Source: an uncultured delta proteobacterium (GTDB lineage: Bacteria > Myxococcota > Myxococcia > SLRQ01). From it: DNA of 64,000 bases. Positions 51,962 to 62,475 of the stretch are shown here, piece by piece (positions within the stretch are counted from its first letter, which is position 1; every line of letters begins with the position of its first letter). Location of the stretch: positions 96,001 to 160,000 of the forward strand of contig CAVSGM010000009.1 in NCBI GenBank assembly GCA_963727485.1, in the 5' to 3' direction. The notes under the pieces were generated by a model, which had not been told where the DNA came from, ran no database searches, and saw nothing but the letters and a program-made list of their open reading frames with translations. The position numbers were made by a program, and so were the translations under genes.

Positions 51962-54900
51962 CCTTGCCCACCGTGGCGTTCTTCGCCCCGGACGACGCGG
52001 CCCGCGTCCTCGACGCCGCCGCCGACCTCTTCCCCGAGGGCGCGCCCCGGGACGCCCTCCTCGCCGCCCTGGCCACCGTCGCCGACCCGGACCGGGGCCT
52101 GGCGGTGGCCACCGACCTCGCCCGGGCCCGGGCCCGGCGCAGCGCCGGCGACGCCCCCTGGCGGAGCCCGGCGTGGCTCGAGGTCGCCTGCACCCTCGGC
52201 GGCGGGAGCCGGGCGCTGGCCGGGCGTCTGCGCCGGCGGCCGCGCGCGGTGGACCGCCTCGCCGCCTCGAGGTGGCTCGACCGCCCGAAGTCCGAGCGGC
52301 GGATGCGCCGGGAGCTCGACCGGCGCCTGGCGGCCGTCGATCCCCTCACCGACGACGCGGTGGACCGGCTGATGCGGATCCTGCGCCGGTACCGCGCCCG
52401 GGAGATGGCGCGCATCGTCCTCCGGGACCTCACCGGCCGGGGGCGGCTGGTGGAGATCATGGGCGAGCTCTCGGCGCTGGCCGGCGCCGCCGTCCACGGG
52501 GCGCTCACCGTCCTCTCGCCGCGGATCGACGCCGAGCTCGGCGCCGCCCCGGACGGCGAGCACACCCACCGCGGCGCGGTGAGCCCGGGGTTCTGCGTCC
52601 TGGCCATGGGGAAGCTCGGGGGCCTCGAGCTCAACCTCTCCAGCGACATCGACGTCCTCTACGTCTACGACGCCGACGGCGAGACCGCCCGGGGCCGCAC
52701 CGCCTTCGAGCGCCACGCCCGCCTCGCCGAGGCCGTGGGCCGGGTCCTCTCCGAGCCCACCTCCGACGGCTTCGTGTTCCGGGTGGACACCGCGCTTCGC
52801 CCCGAGGGCCGCAGCGGCCCCCTGGTCAACGGTGTGCGCGCCTTCGAGGCCTACTACGAGACCTTCGGCCGCACCTGGGAGCGCCAGGCGCTGCTCAAGG
52901 CCCGGCCCCTCGCCGGGGACCTCGCCGTGGGCGAGGCGGCGCTGGCCGCGGTGCGCCCCTTCGTCTACCGGCGCAGCCTCGACCTCGACGCGGTGAGGCG
53001 CATCGTCGGCCTCAAGGACGAGCTCGACGCCCGCACCCGGGCCCGGGGCGACACCGAGACCAATCTCAAGCTCGGCCGGGGGGGCATCCGGACCATCGAG
53101 TTCCTGGTGCAGTCGCTCCAGCTCCTCCACGCGGGCAAGGACCCGAGCCTCCGGGACAGGAGCACCCTCGGGGCCCTCGAGCGCCTCCTCTTCGCCGGCC
53201 TCCTCGACGAGGCCGACGTCCGCGACCTCGCCGACGCCTACGCCTTCCTCCGCCGCGCCGAGCACCGGGTGCAGATGGTCGACGACCGCCAGACCCACCG
53301 CCTGCCGACCCCCGGACGCGAGCGGGCGGCCCTGGCCCGGGCGCTCGGCCTCTTCGCCGACGACCCCGAGGCGCGCCTCGGCGAGATCCTCGAGGTCCAC
53401 CGCCAGCGGGTGGAGGCGGTGATCGATCGGCGCTTCGGGCCCCCGGCCGCCGCCGCCGAGGTCCCGGGCGCGGTGCGGGTGCTCGCCGACCGGGAGGCCT
53501 CCGAGGCCGAGAAGACCGCGGCCCTCGAGGGCACGGCGGTCCGCGACGTCCCCGCGGCCCTCGCCGCCCTGCGGCGCATGGCCCGGCGCCCCCGGGGCGT
53601 CCTCGGCGCCGCCGCCACCGCCGCCGACCGGGGCCTCGCCCAGGCGCTCGTCCAGGAGGTCCTCCGGAGCCCCGACCCCGACCAGGCCCTGGCCCACCTC
53701 GCCTCGTTCTTCGACGCCATCCCCCCGGCCGCCCTGGCGAGCTACCAGGGGCTCCTCCGGGACAACCCGGCGGCCCGGGCGCTCCTGATCTCCCTCTTCG
53801 GCACCTCCGACTTCCTCTCCCGCTACTTCCTCCGCCACCCCGAGCTCCTCGACGTCCTCATCCTCCGGGGCCACGCGGTGCGGGAGAAGCGCCGCGCCCG
53901 CTTCGAGGCCGAGGCCGCCGCCCGCCTCGAGCGCCTCCCCGAGGACGACCTCGAGCGCCGCCTCTCGGAGCTGCGCCGCTACCGCCAGGAGGAGGTCCTG
54001 CGCCTCGGTCTCACCGACGTCGCCGGGGACCTCGACGTGTCCGAGGTCTGCGACCAGCTCTCGGACCTGGCGCAGGCCCTCCTCGAGCGCTGCGTGGTCC
54101 TCGCCGCGGAGTGGGCCCGGAGGCGCTGGGGGTGGCCTCTGGACGACGCCGGCGCCGAGGTGCCGATCGCGGTGCTGGGCCTGGGCAAGCTGGGGAGCCG
54201 GGAGATGGGCTACGGCTCGGACCTCGACCTGCTCTTCCTCTACGGCGGCCCCGGGGAGAGCACCGGCGGCACCCGGGGGGTCATCGGGGCCCAGGAGTTC
54301 TTCTCGCGCCTGGCCCAGCGGCTCATCTCCTACCTCACCATGCCCCTGAACGAGGGCGCGCTCTACCAGATCGACACCCGCCTGCGCCCCAGCGGCCGCC
54401 AGGGGATGCTGGTGACCCGCCTCGACGCCTTCCGCGACTACCACGCGACCCGGGGCCAGGTGTGGGAGCGCCAGGCGCTGACCCGGGCCCGGGCGGTGGC
54501 GGGGCCCCCGGCGTTCCGGGCCCGGGTCGACGCCGCCGCCGAGGCCGCCGCCTACGTGCCCGCCGGGGACACGGACCTCGCCGCCGCGGTCTCGGCGATG
54601 CGCCGGCGCCTCGAGGCCGAGGTCTCGGGCGAGCACGCCGGCGCCTACGCCCCCAAGACCGGGCGCGGGGGCCTGGTCGACATCGAGTTTTTGGTGCAGT
54701 ACCTGCTCCTGGTCCACGGGCCCGGGGACCCGGCGATCCGCCGGCGGGGCACCCGCGAGGCCCTCGAGGCCCTCCAGGCCGGCGGGTACCTCGCCCCCGG
54801 CGACGCCCGGCGCCTCCTCGAGGCCTGGCGCTTCCTCCGGCGCCTGGAGAACCGCCTGCGCATCGTCCACGACCGGCCCATCGGGCACCTGCCCCGGGGG

Positions 54901-55056
54901 CGCCGGGACCTGGATGCCCTGGCCCGGCGGATGGGGTATCACGGGGGATCGGTGGGCGCCCCGGGGCCCGGGGAGGACCTCCTTACCGTCTACCGTCGAC
55001 TCACCGGCGAAGTGCGGGCCATCTACCGAAGCGTGCTAGGAGTAGACGCACCATGA
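51958..55056 (+). CDS. glnE: Bifunctional glutamine synthetase adenylyltransferase/deadenylylase
   Basis: Two nucleotidyltransferase domains (MGKLGGLELNLSSDID; LGKLGSREMGYGSDLD), LRPEG/LRPSG, WERQAL x2, GGIRTIEF/GGLVDIEF. Confidence 0.92.
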
Positions 55057-57110
55057 GCAAGAGCATCCTCATCGTGGAGGACGACCGGGCGCTCGCCCGC
55101 ATGTGGACCGAGCTGCTCACCGCCGAGGGCTTCGACGTGGTCGCCGAGAAGGACGGCGAGTGGGCCCTCAAGGCCTTCGACAAGCGCTCCTTCGACGCGG
55201 TGATCCTCGACGTCCTGGTGCCGGTGAAGAACGGGTTCCAGCTCGCCGAGCGCATCCGCAAGATGCACGGCGGCGGCGACGTGGGCATCCTCCTGGTCTC
55301 GGGGATCTACCGGTCGGCGCACCACCGGGCCGAGGCCATCGCCAAGTACAAGGTCCTCGACTACCTCGACAAGCCGGTGAAGAACGAGACGCTGCTGGCG
55401 CGTCTGCGCCGGTTCTTCGGCGACGCCTACCCCAACCGGGCCGCCGCCGACCAGGAGCGGGCACGGGTCGACCGGGCGCCGGCGGACCAGTTCGCCACCC
55501 AGGAGAGCCGCCGCGAGGTCGAGGAGGTCGAGGAGGCCAGCCGCTCGGGCATCTTCCGGGGCCTCGGCGTCGGCCGCGGGGAGCTGCGCACCAAGCCCTT
55601 CCCCGAGCTCCTCGCCGAGCTCTACCGGTGGAAGGCCACCGGCGCCCTGCTCCTCAAGCGCGGGCGGGTGAAGAAGATCGTCTACTTCAAGGACGGCTAC
55701 CCGATCTTCGTGAAGTCGAACCTCCTCGGGGAGTGCCTGGGCAAGCTGATGGTCCGGGAGCGGATGCTCACCGAGTCCCAGGCCGAGGAGAGCCTCCAGC
55801 TGATGCGCTCCTCGGGGCGGATGCAGGGCACGGTGCTCATCGAGATGGGCCTCATCTCGCCCCACAACCTGGTCTTCGCCCTCGAGCTCCAGCTGCGCAC
55901 CAAGCTCTTGGAGATCTTCAAGTGGGAGGAGGGGCGCTACCAGTTCACCAGCCGCACCGACCTCCCGGCCAACACCGTGAGCCTCGACAGCACCCCGGCG
56001 ACCCTCATCCACGAGGGCATCCGGGAGTTCTGGTCGCTGTCGCGGGTGCGCGCGGCGATGGGCGACGCCGAGGACACCTACGTGGTCGCCGCCGACGACC
56101 CGCTCTACCGCTTCCAGGAGCTCGACCTGGCGCCGAGCGCCGAGAAGCTGGTGTCGCGGATCAACGGCCGGCGGACCCTGGGCGAGCTGGTCGACGGCGG
56201 TCCCCTCGATCGCGAGGAGGCCTACAAGCTGCTCTTCGCCCTGCGCTGCGCCCAGGTGGTGCGCCTCGACTCCAAGCGGGTCCGCCGGGCCGACACGGTG
56301 GCCCCGGCGCCGCCGAAGCTCCCCAAGCGTCCGCCGCCGATCCCGCCCAAGCCCAAGGGCGGCGCCCTGCTCCCCGAGGTCGCGGCGCTCGCCGGCGGCG
56401 GGGCCTCGGGCGAGGACGAGCGCGAGGTCAAGGCCACGCTCACCAAGCGCCTCAAGGAGATGCGCAAGCAGAACTTCTTCGAGATCCTCGGGGTGGCGCG
56501 GACCGCGTCCTCCTCGGAGATCCGCAAGGCCTACTTCGCCCTCGCCCGGGAGTACCACCCGGACAAGATCGCCCGCTCCATGGGCGACGAGGTGCGCCAC
56601 CTCGCCGGCGAGGTCTACGAGCTGGTGACCCGGGCCCACGACGTCCTCGCCGACGACGGCGAGCGCGAGGCCTACCTCAAGCAGATCGCGTCGGGGACCA
56701 AGAAGAAGGAGGGCCCCGACGAGGTCTCCAAGATCCTCGCCGCCGAGGGGAAGTTCCAGCGCGGGGAAGGCTACCTGCGCAAGGAGCGTTTCCACGATGC
56801 CTTCAAGGCCTTCCGCGAGGCGGTGGATCTCTACCCCGAAGAGGGTGAGTTCCACGCCTACCTGGGCTGGAGCCTGTTCCAGACCGCGCCGGACGACAGC
56901 ACGGTGACCGAGGAGGCGATGGACCACATCATGCGGGCGATCCAGCTCAACCCCAAGGTCGACAAGGCCTACCTCTTCCTCGGCTACATCTACAAGGCGT
57001 CGGGGCGGGCGGACAAGGCGGAGAAGCAGTTCGAGAAGGCCATCCAGGCGAACCCCGACTGCACCGAGGCCCTCCGGGAGCTGCGCCTCTACTCGGGTCG
57101 TCGCGCTTGA
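55053..57110 (+). CDS. Receiver + DUF4388-like + J-domain + TPR protein
   Basis: ILIVEDD...ILDV; ATGALLL...IVYFKDG...FKWEEGRYQF; NFFEILGV...YHPDK (HPD); C-terminal TPRs. Confidence 0.82.
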   Translation: MSKSILIVEDDRALARMWTELLTAEGFDVVAEKDGEWALKAFDKRSFDAVILDVLVPVKNGFQLAERIRKMHGGGDVGILLVSGIYRSAHHRAEAIAKYKVLDYLDKPVKNETLLARLRRFFGDAYPNRAAADQERARVDRAPADQFATQESRREVEEVEEASRSGIFRGLGVGRGELRTKPFPELLAELYRWKATGALLLKRGRVKKIVYFKDGYPIFVKSNLLGECLGKLMVRERMLTESQAEESLQLMRSSGRMQGTVLIEMGLISPHNLVFALELQLRTKLLEIFKWEEGRYQFTSRTDLPANTVSLDSTPATLIHEGIREFWSLSRVRAAMGDAEDTYVVAADDPLYRFQELDLAPSAEKLVSRINGRRTLGELVDGGPLDREEAYKLLFALRCAQVVRLDSKRVRRADTVAPAPPKLPKRPPPIPPKPKGGALLPEVAALAGGGASGEDEREVKATLTKRLKEMRKQNFFEILGVARTASSSEIRKAYFALAREYHPDKIARSMGDEVRHLAGEVYELVTRAHDVLADDGEREAYLKQIASGTKKKEGPDEVSKILAAEGKFQRGEGYLRKERFHDAFKAFREAVDLYPEEGEFHAYLGWSLFQTAPDDSTVTEEAMDHIMRAIQLNPKVDKAYLFLGYIYKASGRADKAEKQFEKAIQANPDCTEALRELRLYSGRRA

Positions 57111-58537
57111 AGGTAGGCAAGCATCTCGCCCGGCGGCACCAGCGGGTGCGGCCCCTCGAGGACATGGAGGTCGCGCTGGTGCGCGCGGCCATCGAGGCAC
57201 CCGGCTGGCTCGACGAGCTGGCCGAGGCGAAGCTGCGCTACGCGTTGTCGCTGGCGCGGCTCACCGAGGTGCGCACCTCCGACGGCCGGGACGTCGATCT
57301 CGCAGGCGAGGTCGACGCCTACCGCAGGCGCCTGGTCGACACCCTCTCGCCGCTCCTCCTCGACCGCCGCGGCCTGGTGGAGCGCCCGGAGATCGCGGCC
57401 CTGGCCCCGGTGGTCTGGGAGCTGGCCACCGAGCAGCGCGAGAAGCTCAAGGCCACGACCTCGAGCCGCATCGCCTGGGAGGACGTGGACCGGGAGATCC
57501 GCGAGAAGGTCCTGGTGCTCGCCTGCGGCGGCGGCGGGGGCACGGGCTACGTCTACCTCGGCGCCTTCCACGCCCTGGAGGAGCGGGGCCTCACCCCCGC
57601 CCTCATCTCCGGGACCAGCATCGGCGCCATCCTCGCCGCCTTCCGCGCCCGCTCCGAGCACTTCGAGACCTCCGAGGTCGCCGAGGTGGTCCGCGACCTC
57701 TCGTGGACCAGCCTCTTCCGCCCCATCAACCAGCGCACCCGCTACGGCCTCCCGGCGCCCCTGCGCCTCTACCTGCGCGAGGGCGTGGGCCGGCACTTCC
57801 GCGAGGACGGCCAGGTGATGCGCCTGGGCGACCTCGCCATCCCGCTTCTGGTCACCATCGCCGGCATCCGCCGGGGCGAGGTCCCCCACCAGCCCGAGTG
57901 GTACGAGAACCGTCTCGACGTCTCGGCCCAGACCCCGTCCCGCCTGGGCATCAACCGCACCCGCAAGGTCGTCACCGGGGTGGTGCGCACCATCGCCGAC
58001 CTGGTCCAGCGCCCGGAGATCCTCCGGCCGGTGGTCCTCGGGGGCGACAAGGTCACCCGCGAGGCCGACGTCATCGACGCCATCGGCTTCTCCAGCGCGG
58101 TCCCCGGCCTCATCCACTACGACGTGACGCGCGAGGACCCCCGGATGGAGGGCCTCCTCGACGACCTCCTCGATCACCACGAGGTCGGGTGGCTGGTCGA
58201 CGGCGGGCTGGTGGACAACGTCCCGGCGCGGGCGGCGTGGAAGGCGGTGCAGTCGGGGCAGGTGGGGCGGCGCAACGCCCTGGTGGTCGCCATGGACGCC
58301 TTCGCCCCGAGGCTGACCAACCCCCTGTGGGTGCCCATCCAGCGCCTGGCCCAGGCCAACGTGAAGCCGAACCTGCGCTACGCCCACGTGGTGCAGACGT
58401 TCATCCGGACGCTCTCGCCCCTGGAGCTGGTGCCGGGGGTGACGTCGATCCTCAAGGCGGTGAGGCAGGGGCGCGAGGAGTTCGGGTACGAGCTGCCGCT
58501 CATCGAGCGGCTCTTGCAGCCCCTGCCGGCGATCTAG
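57107..58537 (+). CDS. Patatin-like phospholipase
   Basis: GGGGGTG oxyanion loop, GTSIG nucleophile motif, DGG motif. Confidence 0.85.
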   Translation: MKVGKHLARRHQRVRPLEDMEVALVRAAIEAPGWLDELAEAKLRYALSLARLTEVRTSDGRDVDLAGEVDAYRRRLVDTLSPLLLDRRGLVERPEIAALAPVVWELATEQREKLKATTSSRIAWEDVDREIREKVLVLACGGGGGTGYVYLGAFHALEERGLTPALISGTSIGAILAAFRARSEHFETSEVAEVVRDLSWTSLFRPINQRTRYGLPAPLRLYLREGVGRHFREDGQVMRLGDLAIPLLVTIAGIRRGEVPHQPEWYENRLDVSAQTPSRLGINRTRKVVTGVVRTIADLVQRPEILRPVVLGGDKVTREADVIDAIGFSSAVPGLIHYDVTREDPRMEGLLDDLLDHHEVGWLVDGGLVDNVPARAAWKAVQSGQVGRRNALVVAMDAFAPRLTNPLWVPIQRLAQANVKPNLRYAHVVQTFIRTLSPLELVPGVTSILKAVRQGREEFGYELPLIERLLQPLPAI

Positions 58538-58658
58538 CCCCCCCGGGACATCCCGCCCGCCGACCCGCACCTTGCCCCGGTCCCCGGGCGGGTGGTAGCA
58601 GAATGCAGCCCGTCCCCTGGGACGCGGCGACCCGGTATCCCCCACCCTGGAGGCGCCC

Positions 58659-59579
58659 ATGACCATCAAGGCCGAGGTCATCTGGATGGATGGCGAGTAC
58701 GTGCCCTTCGAGGATGCGAAGGTCCACGTGCTCACCCACACTTTGCACTACGGGCTGGGGGTCTTCGAGGGCATCCGCGCCTACGAGACCCACGACGGGC
58801 GCATCGCCGTCTTCCGCCTCGACGAGCACCTCCGGCGCCTCTACGAGTCGGCGAAGATCTGCCTCATGGACATCCCCTACTCCATGGCGCAGCTCACCGA
58901 GGTCAGCATCGAGATGGTGCGGCGCAACGGGAACAAGGCCTGCTACCTGCGGCCGCTGGTCTTCGTGGGGCACGGGAAGATGGGCCTGGGCACCATGGAC
59001 AACCCGGTGCGCACCGCCATCGCCGCCTGGGAGTGGGGCGCCTACCTCGGCGACGAGGGGATGAAGAACGGCATCCGCGCCAAGGTCTCCACCTTCAGCC
59101 GGGCCCAGGTGAACGTAGCGATGGTCAAGGGGAAGATCATCGGCCAGTACGTCAACTCCATCCTCGCCAAGCGCGAGGCGCTCCTCCAGGGCTTCGACGA
59201 GGCCATCCTCCTCGACCCCCAGGGCTACGTCTCCGAGGCCTCGGGCGAGAACATCTTCGTGGTCCGCGACGGGGTCGTCTGGACCACCCCGGTCACCGGC
59301 ACCATCCTCGCCGGCATCACCCGGGACGCCCTCATCACCGTCGGCCGGGACCGGGGCCTGGAGATCCGCGAGGAGCGCTTCACCCGCGACTTCCTCTGGA
59401 CCGCCGACGAGGTGTTCCTCTCGGGCACCGCCGCCGAGGTGACCCCGGTCCGCGAGGTGGACAACCGCACCATCGGCGCCGGCAAGGCCGGGCCCGTGAC
59501 CCTCGCGCTCCAGGAGGCCTTCTTCGACGTGGTGCAGGGCCGGGACGACCGCTACCGGGAGTGGCTGACCTACGTGTAG
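58659..59579 (+). CDS. ilvE: Branched-chain amino acid aminotransferase
   Basis: LHYGLGVFEGIRAY, YLRP, EASGENIF, ILAGITR, GTAAEVTP. Confidence 0.95.
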   Translation: MTIKAEVIWMDGEYVPFEDAKVHVLTHTLHYGLGVFEGIRAYETHDGRIAVFRLDEHLRRLYESAKICLMDIPYSMAQLTEVSIEMVRRNGNKACYLRPLVFVGHGKMGLGTMDNPVRTAIAAWEWGAYLGDEGMKNGIRAKVSTFSRAQVNVAMVKGKIIGQYVNSILAKREALLQGFDEAILLDPQGYVSEASGENIFVVRDGVVWTTPVTGTILAGITRDALITVGRDRGLEIREERFTRDFLWTADEVFLSGTAAEVTPVREVDNRTIGAGKAGPVTLALQEAFFDVVQGRDDRYREWLTYV

Positions 59580-59588
59580 GATGGCGTC

Positions 59589-60902
59589 ATGGCAGACGCG
59601 AACCCCTACGGCCTCGAACGCCCCGACATCCTCCGGCTCGCGCCGCCCGAGCCCAAGAGCATCGTCGAGACCGGCCTCAACGTCGGCCTCCTCACCGACC
59701 TCGCCCTGCGGATGCTCTACTACGGGGGCGTGGTCACCGGCATCGAGCTCGCCGACCGCCTGCGGCTCCCCTGGGGCGGGGTGGTCAGCGACGTCATCGA
59801 CTTCCTGGTCCAGGAGCGGTGGGCCGACCTCCGCGGCGGCAAGGGCTTCGGCCGGGCGTCGGTGGAGTTCGTGCTCACCGACCGGGGCCGCGAGGCCGCC
59901 CGCGAGGCGGTGCAGCGTTCGAGCTACGTGGGCCCGGCCCCGGTGCCCATCGCCCAGTACAACGCCCTGGTCCAGACCCAGTCCACCGACGGCGCCTTCG
60001 TCACCCGCAGCCAGATCGTCGAGGCCTTCGACCACCTGGTCCTCGAGGACGGCCTCATCGAGCGCTTCGGCCCGGCGGTGAACGCCTCGCGCTCGCTCTT
60101 CCTCTACGGCCCCCCGGGCAACGGCAAGACCACCATCGCCGAGACCATCTCCGGCGTCCTCGGCGGCGAGGTCTACGTCCCCCACGCCCTCGAGGTCGAC
60201 GGCCAGGTGATCAAGGTCTACGACCCCCTGGTCCACATCGAGATCCCCCTCGAGTCGGACCCGGAGCTCGGCCGCCCCAAGGTGGAGATGGACCGCCGCT
60301 GGATCCTCTCGCGGCGCCCCACCGTCATCGTCGGCGGCGAGCTCACCCTCGAGACCCTCGACCTCATCTGGAACGCCGACGCCAAGTTCTACGAGGCGCC
60401 GTTCCAGGTGAAGGCCAACGGCGGCATGCTCCTCATCGACGACTTCGGCCGCCAGCGGGTCCACCCCACCGACCTGCTGAACCGGTGGATCGTCCCCCTG
60501 GAGAAGAACGTCGACTACCTCACCCTCCACACCGGCAAGAAGTTCGAGGTGCCCTTCGACGAGCTGGTCGTCTTCTCCACCAACCTCGACCCCAAGGAGC
60601 TGGTGGACGAGGCCTTCCTCCGGCGCATCAAGTACAAGATCGAGATCGGCAACCCCAACGAGGAGGCCTTCCGGGAGATCTTCCGGCGCCTCTGCACCGC
60701 CCAGGGCATCAAGTACAACGACGCCGCCCTCGACTACATCATCGACACCTACTACCGGGCCACGGGCATGGACCTGCGCGCCTGCCACCCCCGCGACATC
60801 CTCCAGCTCCTCCGCGACGCCGCGCGGTTCCTGGGCAAGCAGGCGGTGCTCTCCCAGGACCTCATCGACCAGGCCTGCCGCAGCTTCTTCGTGGTCCTCT
60901 AG
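59589..60902 (+). CDS. AAA+ ATPase with an N-terminal winged-helix-like region, function unknown
   Basis: Walker A GPPGNGKT, GGELTL, KANGG, Walker B LLIDDFGRQ, DEAFLRRI. Confidence 0.82.
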   Translation: MADANPYGLERPDILRLAPPEPKSIVETGLNVGLLTDLALRMLYYGGVVTGIELADRLRLPWGGVVSDVIDFLVQERWADLRGGKGFGRASVEFVLTDRGREAAREAVQRSSYVGPAPVPIAQYNALVQTQSTDGAFVTRSQIVEAFDHLVLEDGLIERFGPAVNASRSLFLYGPPGNGKTTIAETISGVLGGEVYVPHALEVDGQVIKVYDPLVHIEIPLESDPELGRPKVEMDRRWILSRRPTVIVGGELTLETLDLIWNADAKFYEAPFQVKANGGMLLIDDFGRQRVHPTDLLNRWIVPLEKNVDYLTLHTGKKFEVPFDELVVFSTNLDPKELVDEAFLRRIKYKIEIGNPNEEAFREIFRRLCTAQGIKYNDAALDYIIDTYYRATGMDLRACHPRDILQLLRDAARFLGKQAVLSQDLIDQACRSFFVVL

Positions 60903-60915
60903 CCCCCCGGGCGCC

Positions 60916-61479
60916 ATGCGGGTCCCCACCCTCCACACCGAGCGCCTCACCCTGACCGTCCCCGGGTCGGAGGCGGCGGGCGCCTACGCCGACTACCTCG
61001 AGCGCAACCGCGCCCACTTCGCCCCCTGGGTCCCCCGGCAGCCCGAGGGCAGCTACTCCGAGGTCCACTGCCGCCTGGCGCTCCTCCACGCCCGGGAGGA
61101 GTGGGCCGCCGGCCTCTCGGCGCGCTTCGTGTTCTTCCGCCGGGGCCAGGCGCACGGCGAGGTCGTGGGCAACGCCAGCCTCACCGAGATCGTCCGGGGC
61201 CCGCTCCTCGGGTGCAACCTCGGCTACAAGCTCGACGAGGCGGCCCAGGGCCAGGGCCTGATGTTCGAGGGGCTCACCGCGCTGGTCGCCTGGGGCTTCG
61301 ACGAGCTGGGCCTCCACCGCATCGCCGCCAACTACCGCCCCACCAACGAGCGCAGCGGAAGGGTCCTGCGCCGGCTGGGGTTCGTGGTGGAGGGGTACGC
61401 CCGTGACTACCTCTTCATCGACGGTGCCTGGCGCGACCACATCCTCACCGCGCTCACCAACCCCAAGGCGCGGCCCTAG
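60916..61479 (+). CDS. RimJ/RimL-family GNAT acetyltransferase
   Basis: LGYKLD...QGQGLM, LHRIAANY.P.NERS..VLRRLGF..EG.ARDYL.IDG.WRDH. Confidence 0.88.
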   Translation: MRVPTLHTERLTLTVPGSEAAGAYADYLERNRAHFAPWVPRQPEGSYSEVHCRLALLHAREEWAAGLSARFVFFRRGQAHGEVVGNASLTEIVRGPLLGCNLGYKLDEAAQGQGLMFEGLTALVAWGFDELGLHRIAANYRPTNERSGRVLRRLGFVVEGYARDYLFIDGAWRDHILTALTNPKARP

Positions 61480-61480
61480 G

Positions 61481-62206
61481 GTGTCCGGGGGCAAAAGGCC
61501 CCCCTGGCGCCCCGCGTCCGAGCGCCGGGCCCGGCGAGCGCTGGTCGTCACCCTGATCGCCACCGCGGTGGTCGGGATCCTCTTCTGGCGCTCGCCGCTC
61601 CTCTGGCCCCTGAAGATCCTGGCGGTGACCCTCCACGAGCTCGGCCACGCCACCGCCGGGTGGCTGGTCGGCGGCCACGTGGACCACATCGCCCTGAGCC
61701 CGAACCAGGCCGGGGTCACCTGGGTCGCCGCCGGCCGCGCCCTGTGGAAGCAGGTGCTCATCGACTCCGGGGGCTACCTCGGCTCCACCGTCTTCGGCTC
61801 GGCGCTCCTGGTCCTGGCCAGCGGCCGGGCCCGGTGGCGGCCCCGGGCGGTGCTCTGGCTCCTCGGGGGCGGGCTGGTGGTGCTGGCGGTGCTCCTCTTC
61901 CGCGACGCCTTCTCCTGGGCCTTCGCCCTGGGCACCTCGGCAGCGCTCCTCGCCCTGGCGCGCCTGGCCCCGGACAAGGTGGTGCGCCCGGCGGCGGTGG
62001 CCATCGGCGCCTTCATCTGCCTCTACGCCCTCTGGGACCTCCGGGCGGACCTCTGGCACCTCCCCTGGGACCCGGTGGTCACGGGCACCGACGCCGACGC
62101 CCTGGCCCGCCTCACCCACGTCCCGGCCCTGGTGTGGGCGCTCACCTGGAGCGCCCTGGCCGCCACCGCCGTGGGGCTCACCGTCCGGCACGTCCTCCGC
62201 CGTTGA
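61481..62206 (+). CDS. Peptidase M50B-like membrane metalloprotease
   Basis: LHELGH, GGYLG, TDADALA motifs; multiple TM segments. Confidence 0.8.
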   Translation: MSGGKRPPWRPASERRARRALVVTLIATAVVGILFWRSPLLWPLKILAVTLHELGHATAGWLVGGHVDHIALSPNQAGVTWVAAGRALWKQVLIDSGGYLGSTVFGSALLVLASGRARWRPRAVLWLLGGGLVVLAVLLFRDAFSWAFALGTSAALLALARLAPDKVVRPAAVAIGAFICLYALWDLRADLWHLPWDPVVTGTDADALARLTHVPALVWALTWSALAATAVGLTVRHVLRR

Positions 62207-62475
62207 GCCCGGGGCCGGCGACCCGGCCCGGGGGGGTGCGCCACCTGGGCACAGGGGGCCGTCGACTTTCTTGACAGGTCGGGTCGCGGTCCGCTACTAC
62301 CTTCCATCACCGGAAACCCTGGCGGTATCTACACTTACGCGGGAAATCCCCCCGCACCGAGTGGTTCTGGCCGCCGGGGAATGAAGGCCTTCTCGCCGGG
62401 CGTTCACACCCTGGACGTTTCCCCTGCCCCACAGCCCGCGGCGGCCGACCGCCGTCCTCGAGAGGTTGGAAGAAG

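Noticed and set aside
62300..62475. FMN riboswitch, given ribA downstream
   Set aside because: I could not find the conserved FMN aptamer segments in order, and ribA has its own promoter-like element at 63281.
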